A DNA stretch of 64,000 nucleotides from Octopus sinensis (taxonomy: Eukaryota). Every line of letters begins with the position of its first letter. Position 1 is the first letter of the stretch. The DNA lies in assembly GCF_006345805.1 (NCBI RefSeq), contig NC_042997.1:37634001-37698000 (forward strand). Reading direction: 5' to 3'. Shown here piece by piece: positions 25,800 through 37,183 of this stretch. The position numbers and the translations under genes were made by a program. The notes beneath the pieces were generated by a model. It was given only the letters and a program-made list of their open reading frames with translations. It was not told the origin of the DNA and did not search any database.

Positions 25800-26600
25800 C
25801 TAAATTTTTCAACATCTTAGTTCCGCAGTGCGATTTAAAATATCCTGTGCTCCCACAAAGAAAACACTTTGCTATTTTGAGCTGACTCTTTTCTCAGATG
25901 CCTGTTACCGCATGCCATATATGGGTTTATCTTCTGTTTATTTTTATGAAACAATTTATCAGACCATTCCACACTGGCATTATCGGTAAACAATCTCTGC
26001 GTTGGATTTCTTCAGCATCGTTATTTACTTTTAATATCATATCGCACTCTTCTGACAGTTTGTGGAGAGTTATCTACTGCTTCCTTTCCACCTTTGCAAG
26101 AATTTTCTTTCTGACTTCTGCGACCTTTTAAGCAATAATTATCTGAACAAAATTCAGGCACTTGAACAAATATGGAGTTAGTTTATCCATTTTAAATCTC
26201 AAGCATTGTTTTCACTCTACCCGCATGTGGTAAAATCTTCGTCATCGCTTTTCTCCGCGTTCAAACACTTCCAACGTAAGTAGAATAACGATGTTTTTTC
26301 AATGAACATCCTACATAAAATCTCAATTGTGTCCGTAAAATGTATGTCAGAAATTTTCTTAGGCAATAAAAAGTTACAGTATTTCTCATGCCCTATCGTC
26401 ACCAATTTCCTTAGAATTAGACGCGTTTTCAATTCGTCCGATGGGTCTTGGTACTGTTTATTTGAAAATTTGTTTAACTCTCCAGTAATATACCTTGAAG
26501 CTGACTCCTACACAAACAACACAAAAACAATTCAAAATGTGTTAAAAACACTGACTAAAACAGCTATACACTCTTCCTTCGGGGGGAACGCTCACGGCAT
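25800..26600 (-). pseudogene. Gypsy/Ty3 LTR-retrotransposon gag remnant
   Basis: KTRLILRKLVTIGHEKYCNFLLPKK...ETI-like...SLFYLRWKCL..EK...EDF and a degenerate knuckle KCFLCGSTGYFKSHC; stops and frameshifts. Confidence 0.7.
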
Positions 26601-26601
26601 C

Positions 26602-26810
26602 TAATAATATCAGAGACCTGGGTGTAATTGTAGATAACAATCTCAGTTGGAGTACCCACTTGAGCAATAAGGTCGATATGGCTCGTAGGATGAGATCCAG
26701 GATCTTAAGAACCCTCCAGAGAACAAGGTATCATCATTCCACTTTTCTCCTCCTTTGTACGACCACACCTCGAATACTGCTGTTTATGTTATTTGGTGTT
26801 ATGGTTTTTC
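26602..26810 (+). pseudogene. CR1/L2-clade RT C-terminal fragment
   Basis: NIRDLGVIVDNNLSWSTH, plus nucleotide CGACCACACCTCGAATACTGC (RPHLEYC). Confidence 0.7.
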
Positions 26811-27137
26811 CATAGTTCTGTCTTCGTTGTAGGAGATGAAATGTGGTTGTATTCTGTTTTTGTTGTTGTCGTAGGTCCCCCCCCTGTTGCTGTTTATATT
26901 TATTTTCGATCGTCTTGTGCCCTTCAGATGGTGGTGGATGTATTCTGGGTTCAAGCACATCCTTAGTGACACAGAAGTCTGGCACAGTTTAGGATGGAAG
27001 AAGATGCATCCATTGCATTTTGTGCCTCCATATTTAGGATCAAAGCCATGGATTCTGTATTTATGACAGTATTAGCTGTAGAGGTGAGGGCAGTTTTTTT
27101 CCCGTTATGCCATATGGACCGGTGTCCTTAACAAGTC

Positions 27138-27653
27138 GGCATTCTTTCGGATTAATTCGACAAATTCAATGACAAGAAATCGGTTGTTTCCGTGACAATT
27201 CGACAATTCACTTCGGATATCTTCGTGACCTCCGTGACAGCTGATGACAGCTACTAAAATGAGAGGAGGAGGAAAAAGCTAATGGGCTGTGTGCGTGCTT
27301 GTTCTTGTCTGTGTGTGTGTGTGTGCGTGCGTGCGTGTGCGTGCGTGCGTGTGCGTGTGAGTGTGTGGGTGGGTGTGTGTGTGTGTAAGAAGAAATATGC
27401 AAGGTTTTTTGCTGGCATAATTCGTTATATCTATATTCCACAACACATAAATACATACAAACAGAATAAGCACGCACACACACAAGAAGAAGCACGCACA
27501 CACAACCCATTAGTTTTCTCCTCCTCCACCCATTTTAGTAGCTGTCATCAGCTGTCACGGAGGTCACAAAGATATCCGAAGTGAATTATCGAATTGTCAC
27601 GGAAACAACCGATTTCTTGTCATTGAATCGTCGAGTTAATCCGAAAGAATGCC
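27138..27653. mobile_element. MITE, ~520 bp with ~170-190-bp TIRs
   Basis: GGCATTCTTTCGGATTAA...GACAGCTACTAAAATG (left) is the reverse complement of CATTTTAGTAGCTGTC...TTAATCCGAAAGAATGCC (right); interior is TG/CA microsatellite. Confidence 0.88.
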
Positions 27654-28078
27654 AACGGCATAAGGGAGGATGGAAAAAAGCACAACGTCCCTTGTTGTTG
27701 GTGCGGCTGGGGCCAAATCTACAGTTGCCTCGAGAATGGTAACGAGAAGCATAGTAGAGGTTCCAATGTAGTAGCAGTAGCAGGCTGTTGTTGTTATGGT
27801 AGTGAGTCCTGGTTTGCCACGGTAGTGCTGGGTGGAATTAGGTCAGGTAGGATATCAATGAAGGTGTTGTTTGTTATTGGCTAACGGGTCGTTGAAGTGG
27901 CCCCTTACCTGTTGGAGTTGGGACCGTTGGTGGACTACATCTGTTGACAAGTATGGCTTCATGTGTTGCCATGTGCGTGTGTAAAGTATGAAAAGATCTT
28001 GTGGTTTCTTTCATTTTGTTTTCGATCTGTTGTACAGATCTATAAAAGGATTGTGACGCTAATTTTTCAGCGATTTTC

Positions 28079-28298
28079 TGGTAGAAACGTTAGCACGCCG
28101 GGCGAAATGTCTAGCGGTATTTCGTATGCCGTTACGTTCTGAGTTCAAATTCCGCCGAGGTCGTCTTTGCCTTTCATCCTTTCAGGGTCGATAAATTAAG
28201 TACCAGTTACGCACTGGGGTCGATATAATCGACTTAATCCCTTTGTCTGTCCTTGTTTGTCCACTCTATGTTCAGCCCCTTGTGGGCAATAAAGAAAT
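28079..28298 (+). mobile_element. tRNA-derived SINE family A
   Basis: TGGTAGAAACGTTAG A-box, GAGTTCAAATTCC B-box, tail CCCCTTGTGGGCAATAAAGAAA. Confidence 0.9.
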
Positions 28299-30179
28299 TG
28301 ATTTTACCGTAGACATTAGCTTTTACGTGGACGTGCGTATATGTATGTGATCGTGTGATGTTGTCTAATGTATGAGGCTTTCAGATGTGTGTATGTACAA
28401 GCGCATATCTGTAGCCGTTAATGTGGACATGTTTCCGTGCGTGCCTTCTTGTGTTGCTTTTAGGGTTCGTGTACATAGTGTGCGAGTATCGTTATTGCGA
28501 GTGACGTTATGCTCGAATGTGTACAATCCAACTATCGAGTATGAGACGTTTTTGCACAGCCGTTTTGGCACCACTTCTTTTGCATCTCAGATTCCACGTT
28601 GACATATTTGACACTATACGAAAGCGCCTCAAATTCTTTCTCACCTCTACTCCTTTCTCTCTCAATCTCTATTTTTCTCTGTCTCTGTCCCTGGCTCTCA
28701 TTCATTCTCTCTTTTTGTCTTTCCCCTGTCTCTTTTCTTTCTCTTCCTCTCTCTCTCTTTTCTTTCTCTCCCTCGCTCTCTCTGTGTTTATGTATGCCAG
28801 CATAAGTTGTGTTTGTATGCATGTGTATTGACTCCCCTTCTGTATGTCTATCTGTGTCTCTGCTTGTCTATCTGTTTCTCTCTCTCTCTCTCTCTTTCAA
28901 TTTCTGTCTATCTATCTATCTATCTATCTCTCTCTCTCTCGATATATATATATATGTGTGTATGTATGTGTGTGTGTATTTCTTTGATTAATATATGTCC
29001 ATGCGCGCGTCTGTTTGGCTCCTATGACAGAAAGCATAGTCGCCAAAACATAGTGCATGTGCATCTCTGCCGTACCAAATCCCATCCCCATCCGCTGAAC
29101 AGTTTCGTCTGTTCGTCTCATTTTGTGATATGTCGATTTTTAGTATAACTCCTTATATCGTCTTAGCTTGCATCATTATGATATGTACATATAAGTACCT
29201 TGCCTTTGAATCTGTATATGTATGTATACTGACCTTTCGCAGTTTATCTTCCCGAGATTTCACTTCTATCGCATACAAATAAATTCAAATTTATGTATCA
29301 CTAACGCTTCTTTAATTATTTAACCAACAAAGCGAAATCAAGAATGCAGCAATAGTATATATTCAAATTTAGGAATTTCATAAAATGCTCGTTTTTAACT
29401 TGCATGCATGTATGCATTTCAATGCGTATATTCGCTACATATGTTCGCTCTCAATATATATACTATTTATTCTCTTATTCTGTAATTTGTATTCTCTTTC
29501 ATTGGAATGCATTCATGAAAGTTCAACTGGTATTTTATTTGTGTGGTACTATATTTGATGCTAGAGTGCATACGGTTTAATTGCGTTCATTTAGGTATCG
29601 ACATGTTGCGATGTAAATAACCCAGAATTTACACTGGAAGACACTAACTCATTCAAAATACAGATACGTATGCAATATAGCGGAGGGAAAAACCCTAGTT
29701 GTTATCATAAATAATAAATAAAAACACAGATAATAAATAAAATTAAGATAGTGCTTCACATAATTAGTTACACAACTTCTATTAACTGAGACTATACTTA
29801 CAACTAGTAAACAAAAATTCCCTCTACGACTGATTATACATCTAAATATAATAAGCGAGTGAGACATTTCTTTCATCTTCAATTAAATGAAATTTTGAAT
29901 ATATATATATATTGTATAGTAATGTAAAAGTTATTGTCTTTAAGCAATTGACTTGTTTCTGTACAAACAGACCTCATAAATGCTAAAATCTACACAGATT
30001 GTAAAACTGCAAGTGGCCAATGTCCAAAAAATATTGACCAAAAGTCTTAGGCATATCATCTCATAAAAGCGTTAAGGAAATTATAAGCTGCGATTTTTAT
30101 TGTTCCCAATATGTCCTCATATATTTCTCTGGTATACGGCAATATTTTCACATTATCTGTCGCAGTTATCTTCTATTTT

Positions 30180-30450
30180 TAACTCGTTTCATTCATTCGG
30201 CTACGGCCATTTTAGGGCACCACCTTCAATATATTACGTCAAATAAAACAGACCAGTACTTATCTGTTAAAAGCCAGGGACTTTTCGATCTGTTTTGCTG
30301 AAGCATTAACTGAACCATAAATATACAAATACCGCTTGTCAAGCGGTGGGTTAGAGCTGTATGACTCATTCACAAGGAACCGCGCAATGGAATCGAACTC
30401 GCAACTCCTGGTTGCAAATCGAGCTTCTTAAGCACACAGCCATGCCTGCA
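30180..30450 (-). mobile_element. Diverged tRNA-derived SINE
   Basis: Minus-strand head GCAGGCATGGCTGTGTGCTTAAG...GAGTTCGATTCC and family-B-like 3' end. Confidence 0.55.
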
Positions 30451-30784
30451 TCTTTATACAGAATAATATTACAGTATAATATTTTCAAAGAAACCTTTGA
30501 GATCGAAAAATTTCAAAGAAAATATTTCTAAAACTCTGTTTTATGAAATCTGTATTGCTATAGCTTTCAAACACGTTCAATACAAAATATAATTTCAAAT
30601 TATCAAGGGGATAAATATTGATTGCATAACACAGCCTCAGTCATATCAAACAAATTCCATAATGGAATATATAGGAATTATCGAATTTGTTAGGAAATAT
30701 AAGTTGTATAATGTCGCAATAGCGGGAAAATAGAACTAAATAGCATATCTTCACACATTTATAGTGATGTACATATGAATACGT

Positions 30785-31280
<496 letters not shown>

Positions 31281-31800
31281 GAAGAAATACTTTCTTACAT
31301 TAAAAATTAGTAATTATAGAAAAGAACTTAAAAATTTTTTTTTTTAAATAAAAAATGATACAAATCTTTTGGAAGGAAGTCTTTTCGTTGTTTACTGTTT
31401 CTCATACACATCTCAAATGGGGTAATCTGTATAAAGATATACGGGTATATCTGTATGTGTTGTATAAGACTGAGTGGACGCTTGTTCCTGATACTACGGC
31501 TGCAATTAGTTTTTAAAATATCTCAACCGATTCTGATGATAAGTGCAGTTAGTTGTTATGTATCGGATGGCTTAGTGTCCCGCTTAGAAGAGTTTTAGTC
31601 TCACAGTCATCTAAACAATTTTAAAAGCCAGTTCGAATTCAACCTCATGATCCTGTCTCATGAAGCCTCATCTGATATAATCTGTAGGCTCGGAGCAGAA
31701 GTACCGCTTTCGGAACCAGGTCAATTTGTAACAGCAACATGATTTTTTTTGCATTTTGCTTATACTAGGTATTCGCAATATATATTTATATGCTTAAGAC

Positions 31801-31979
31801 TTATAAGCGATCACCGTACACTATGGTAAATAGTCTAATATTGAGGCATATAAGCCCTCGACGGAAAAAAAGTAAAGTTTTTCCATACGTATGAGACTCG
31901 AACCCACACCTCTATGTATTCGCGATATACCCCAATGTTAGACTATTTACCTTAGTCAATGCACGGTGAACGTTTATAA
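31801..31979. mobile_element. Small MITE-like inverted repeat
   Basis: TTATAAGCGATCACCGTACACTATGGTAAATAGTCTAATATTGAGG matches the reverse complement of 31925-31979 with one 4-nt indel. Confidence 0.55.
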
Positions 31980-32949
31980 CCCTTAACCCTTCATGGGCTA
32001 GTGGGTTTGGAATTACACAAAAGATCATTGGGGTTTTCTTTTATTTTTGCGCATTTCCACACTCCATAAAGTAATATCTGTTTCATCTTGTACATATGTG
32101 TGAGTGCTTGATACAGAAAAGAAATTTAGCATTGTTTATATAGTTTTATAAACTCTAGATATAGCTCTATATATAAAAATAAAACAATAAGAATGAACGA
32201 AAAAGGTTTATCGATTCATATCAGTACATATACGAAGAAAATTGAATTATAGTTCATCAGAATATCTGAAAAAAGAACAGAAAAGAATAATTTCATACAA
32301 AGCCAATGGTGTCCAGTTGAACCCAATGAACATATTTTACGCTATAACATCCATATGACTGGATATTTTTAACTCAAAATTTGTATGTGCATACATAAAC
32401 TATTGACAATAAAAGCAATGAGATATGAAATCATTGAAATAAAATATGCAAACTTTGGATAAATCTTAAAATTTTCTGGGGCCCTAAGCGACCCCGCCGG
32501 CCAATGATGGGTCAAACTTATAAAATATTATTATTATCATTTACAGAAGTGTAAAATTCGGTGCGGTTTATGAATTAATCGCATAAAATATCTGTGAAAT
32601 CCTAAACTCAGCGTTGTTATTTTTTCTTTTTCTAAAATATATTTAAACCGTTACATTCTTTGTTCCACTGTCACTTTTCAAAGGGAATATTTGCGTTTCA
32701 AAAGATAAAACGAAAACTTATGAAACCCACATTGTCATGTCTTTTAAAACTGTTAAAATTGTATGATGAGTTCCAATTATTAAGATACACGTAGAGAGAG
32801 AGCAACAAATCAACGTACACAATTGAACTAAATTTTCTAAACGCGTGCATATTGATTATCGAATAAATTATGAGAGCAATGTTATATAGTTTCACTCTTA
32901 GAAGAATAACTCTACATTTATCCACACATATACACATTCACACACATTA

Positions 32950-32977
32950 TATATATATATATATATATATATTTATT

Positions 32978-33018
<41 letters not shown>

Positions 33019-33362
33019 AATCTAAATGGCACCAACACTCAAGACCACCGCAAACACTAAAAGATAAAATGGTCTGGGGTGTCCATCTGTCACAGCCAAA
33101 TACATGTGTCTATGTAAATACATATATACATGCATATATGTGTATGTATGTGTGTGTGTGTCGGTTTGTCTATTTGTAATTATACATATATATATAATTA
33201 TGAATACATGTAAATATATATACGTAGAGTCTTTGTGCGTATACTTATATACGCATACATATCCGCAAGCGTATGAACACTTATACAAGCTTCTTTGTGT
33301 GTTACGTATGTATTCGACCGTACATACGTACTCGCACTTATACGTGTGTATATATGTTTACG

Positions 33363-33395
<33 letters not shown>

Positions 33396-33405
33396 TATAT
33401 TTATT

Positions 33406-33446
<41 letters not shown>

Positions 33447-33789
33447 AATCTAAATGGCACCAACACTCAAGACCACCGCAAACACTAAAAGATAAAATGG
33501 TCTGGGGTGTCCATCTGTCACAGCCAAATACATGTGTCTATGTAAATACATATATACATGCATATATGTGTATGTATGTGTGTGTGTGTCGGTTTGTCTA
33601 TTTGTAATTATACATATATATATAATTATGAATACATGTAAATATATATACGTAGAGTCTTTGTGCGTATACTTATATACGCATACATATCCGCAAGCGT
33701 ATGAACACTTATACAAGCTTCTTTGTGTGTTACGTATGTATTCGACCGTACATACGTACTCGCACTTATACGTGTGTATATATGTTTAC

Positions 33790-33830
<41 letters not shown>
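32950..33830 (+). repeat. 428-bp tandem duplication
   Basis: Identical ORF pair 33022/33450; unique core (AATCTAAATGGCACCAAC...) repeated at offset 428. Confidence 0.92.
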
Positions 33831-33836
<6 letters not shown>

Positions 33837-33979
33837 ATATAGAGGGCATTATACATACATGCCAGAAGGCATTATACATATATGCCAAACGCTAAGAGGG
33901 ACAAGTAGTCATTTCTACCAAAAATATTACTAATCCCACCGAATGCAATTTTTCAAAGTAAGACATTTAAAAAAATATA

Positions 33980-34025
33980 GACCTGTATCACAGTGATTTC
34001 ATACTTACGTACACATCAGCAGGCC
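33980..34025 (-). ncRNA. Type I hammerhead ribozyme, copy 1 (core A9 mutated: CUGAUGU)
   Basis: Minus strand GGCCTG-CTGATGT-GTAC-GTAA-GTAT-GAAA-TCAC-T-GTGA-TA-CAGGTC. Confidence 0.7.
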
Positions 34026-34459
34026 TGAATGTATTATAAATAAACAACGACCCTGCCTCGCTTAAGCCGATCAGCTAACTGCTCAACATCAACGAAGCAC
34101 ATGGGTGAGTTTACATATATTACATCCGGATAAATGGCAAACTTTTACGAATTGCATTTCGGGAGAGGAAAAGTTTTTTCGGAATAAAAAATTAGCAATT
34201 AATGACAACTACTTAATAAGGAAAACTTAACAAGAAATTGTCAGGTAGATAGCGTAAAAACCTCATAAGAGAAAAAATTTCGAAAATAATTATTTCTTAT
34301 TGAACATATTAATTTATATATAGAGGGCATTATACATACATGCCAGAAGGCATTATACATATATGCCAAACGCTAAGAGGGACAATTAGTCATTCTACCA
34401 AAAATATTACTAATCCCACCGAATGCAATTTTTCAAAGTAAGACATTTAAAAAAATATA

Positions 34460-34505
34460 GACCTGTATCACAGTGATTTCATACTTACGTACTCATCAGC
34501 AGGCC
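34460..34505 (-). ncRNA. Type I hammerhead ribozyme, copy 2 (core intact)
   Basis: Minus strand GGCCTG-CTGATGA-GTAC-GTAA-GTAT-GAAA-TCAC-T-GTGA-TA/CAGGTC. Stems I, II and III all pair; predicted cut after AUA, between 34466 and 34465. Confidence 0.88.
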
Positions 34506-34570
34506 TGAATGTATTATAAATAAACAACGACCCTGCCTCGCTTAAGCCGATCAGCCAACTGCTCAACATC

Positions 34571-36271
34571 TATTTCTTTATTACCCACTAGGGGCCACGA
34601 AGAGGGAACATTACAAAACATGGGGGACATAAAACAATGCGATTAAAATTATGATTAAATGAATGTTAAAATGAAAAAATGATAACATGAAAGCGATGCT
34701 AACGGCCCCCTCCGCCAGCATCACTTACCTTTCCGTTTCCTATCACGATTCCAAAGTGTTTCACCTCACCTTTCATTTCTCTCTCATATCTCTCTATCAT
34801 ATCATCCTTCATAAATGCTGTTATACAATTTATACGTAGTTCATTGCACTTGCTCATCAAAGAGCCCATGAGTTCAAAATCGAATACCGCATAACTTCCG
34901 TCCTCATACTCCTGCCATACATCGTCTTCAAATAGCCTTCTTGCGTTCTCAGTATCCCCCTTCCCCACAACACATAAAAAGTAGGACTGGGGCTTTTGTA
35001 TGTTCTGTGTGTCTGTTTTCGTTTTTCTTGGAGGAGGGTATTGGGTGGGATTGCTGTTTGCGGGGGCAGGATGGGTCTCCAAGGGTGTGGGTGGTATTGG
35101 GGTGGGTTGGGGCTTCGCACAGTTTTTCCTTTTCTTTCCTTTTCTCTTCTTTCTGCCCTCCTCACACTCTTTTTGCATCTCCTCCTCCTCTGTCATTTCC
35201 CTTTCCGTCTGCTTCTCTTTAATTTCTTCTTCTTTTGGGGCCTCCTCTTTTGTAGTTTCCTCAACGATTTCCTTTTCTCTTGGTGGGGGAGGGCAGAAGG
35301 CTCTTATGTGGCCCCTCAGGCCACACTTGTAACAACGTGGAGCTCTGCCCTCCACCCACACTCTCATAATCACGTCTCCCAATTTAATGCTCTCCGCCAG
35401 GTCCACCAGTACCTCGCTCTCCGCCTGCACGTTCAGCTCCACTATTACGCCTCTCCAGCCCTCGGTCTTGACCGAGGTATGGAGAATATCTACTTTCTCC
35501 TCGTGGCCGCTGATCACAGCCGCCACAATCCACTCAGCCTCCACGTTTGGTGGCACTCCCTCCACCCTTACTCGTGTGATCCTTCTATTCAAGTACATAG
35601 GTAAAAGTGTTACCCTTTCTGACTTCACCGCCTTCACCGCCATCCTCCTCGCTGCAGTCTCACTTTTAAAATGCACCACTACAGTACCGTACTTCGATCC
35701 TCGAGTCAGAAAAATGATTTCCTCCTCCGATCTTCTCAGGGCCTCCTCTATCCATTCCATGTTTACGATCTCTATTTTCTTTCTATCGTTCACGAACACC
35801 CTGTAAATTATGGTCCTCTTATTGTACCATTCCTTTCTCTTTGGTGGTGGTTCCAGTTCCACCTCGCCGCTGTCCTTCCTCATATACCTCTGGAAACCTG
35901 GCAATTTTTCTAGGTTTATTTCTTTTTCCTGTTCCGTCTTCTTTTTTGCAACTCCTGCGTACGTTTTCCTGTTTTTTGTCTCCACATTATTTACATCACC
36001 GATTTGCTCGTCTTCAGAGTTCGATGTCTCCGACAAGCTCTCAAATATCCATTCTTCCTCCGACTCCTCCACTAGGTAGTGGTCATCCATTTCCTCCCGC
36101 CTGACAGGCCAAAACGGCCGTCAAAACAGAAAAAGTGTTATGCGCAGAACCAGTGGAACGCGAAACCGCTTTAACGCCGTTCAAAATTACCACAACAACA
36201 ACAACAATTCTTTTTGATCTTTTTTTACCGAATTTTACGAGCGTAAAAAAACACGACCGAACTCAAACTGA
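34571..36271 (-). mobile_element. Full-length 1.7-kb ORF1-only non-LTR retroposon, copy C
   Basis: 23-bp TSD CGATCAGCYAACTGCTCAACATC at 34548-34570 and 36272-36294 (one mismatch). 5' end begins TCAGTT (Inr-like); 3' end ...GCCCCTAGTGGGTAATAAAGAAATA; single ORF. Confidence 0.9.
34699..36090 (-). CDS. 463-aa LINE ORF1-like nucleic-acid-binding protein (RRM-like region + CCHC zinc knuckle; Tx1/L1-ORF1 or ZCCHC3-like architecture)
   Basis: Uninterrupted ORF; TYAGVAKK motif, RVRVEGVPP, CYKCGLRGHIRAFC (CX2CX4HX4C), E/K-rich segment, basic KKRKGKKRK, Pro-rich linker. No RT or endonuclease motifs seen. Confidence 0.88.
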   Translation of the reverse strand: MDDHYLVEESEEEWIFESLSETSNSEDEQIGDVNNVETKNRKTYAGVAKKKTEQEKEINLEKLPGFQRYMRKDSGEVELEPPPKRKEWYNKRTIIYRVFVNDRKKIEIVNMEWIEEALRRSEEEIIFLTRGSKYGTVVVHFKSETAARRMAVKAVKSERVTLLPMYLNRRITRVRVEGVPPNVEAEWIVAAVISGHEEKVDILHTSVKTEGWRGVIVELNVQAESEVLVDLAESIKLGDVIMRVWVEGRAPRCYKCGLRGHIRAFCPPPPREKEIVEETTKEEAPKEEEIKEKQTEREMTEEEEMQKECEEGRKKRKGKKRKNCAKPQPTPIPPTPLETHPAPANSNPTQYPPPRKTKTDTQNIQKPQSYFLCVVGKGDTENARRLFEDDVWQEYEDGSYAVFDFELMGSLMSKCNELRINCITAFMKDDMIERYEREMKGEVKHFGIVIGNGKVSDAGGGGR

Positions 36272-36686
36272 CGATCAGCTAACTGCTCAACATCAACGAA
36301 GCACATGGGTGAGTTTACATATATTACATCCGGATAAATGGCAAACTTTTACGAATTGCATTTCGGGAGAGGAAAAGTTTTTTCGGAATAAAAATTTAGC
36401 AATTAAGGACAACTACTTAATAAGGAAAACTTAACAAGAAATTGTCAGGTAGATAGCGTAAAAACCTCATAAGAGAAAAAATTTCGAAAATAATTATTTC
36501 TTATTGAACATATTAATTTATATATAGAGGGCATTATACATACATGCCAGAAGGCATTATACATATATGCCAAACGCTAAGAGGGACAATTAGTCATTTC
36601 TACCAAAAATATTACTAATCCCACAGTTAGCTGTTAGCTGATCGGCTTAAGCGAGGCAGGGTCGTTGTTTATTTATAATACATTCA

Positions 36687-36732
36687 GGCCTGCTGATGAG
36701 TACGTAAGTATGAAATCACTGTGATACAGGTC
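36687..36732 (+). ncRNA. Type I hammerhead ribozyme, copy 3 (core intact, inverted unit)
   Basis: CTGATGA 36693-36699; stem II GTAC/GTAT with GTAA loop; GAAA 36712-36715; palindromic stem III ATCAC-T-GTGAT; cut after 36726; stem I AGGCCTG/CAGGTCT. Confidence 0.9.
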
Positions 36733-37002
36733 TATATTTTTTTTAAATGTCTTACTTTGAAAAATTGCATTCGGTGGGATAAGTAATATTTTTGGTAGAA
36801 ATGACTAATTGTCCCTCTTAGCGTTTGGCATATATGTATAATGCCTTCTGGCATGTATGTATAATGCCCTCTATATATAAATTAATATGTTCAATAAGAA
36901 ATAATTATTTTCGAAATTTTTTCTCTTATGAGGTTTTTACGCTATCTACCTGACAATTTCTTGTTAAGTTTTCCTTATTAAGTAGTTGTCCTTAATTGCT
37001 AA

Positions 37003-37039
<37 letters not shown>

Positions 37040-37064
37040 TATATGTGTGTGTGTGCGTATATAT

Positions 37065-37183
<119 letters not shown>

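Larger units (their letters stand above)
33831..37008. mobile_element. Hammerhead-bearing ~480-bp repeat array (about 2.2 tandem units plus one inverted partial unit), retrozyme/pLTR-like, interrupted by the 34571-36271 insertion
   Basis: AGAGGGCATTATAC starts at 33841, 34322 and ~36526; inverted copy 36633-37008; bounded by (TA)n on both sides; no coding capacity. Confidence 0.88.

Noticed and set aside
27241-27260. Isolated CTGANGA motifs here and at ~793, ~6174, ~22507, ~26010 (minus) and ~45421
   Set aside because: No stem II plus GAAA plus NUH geometry.
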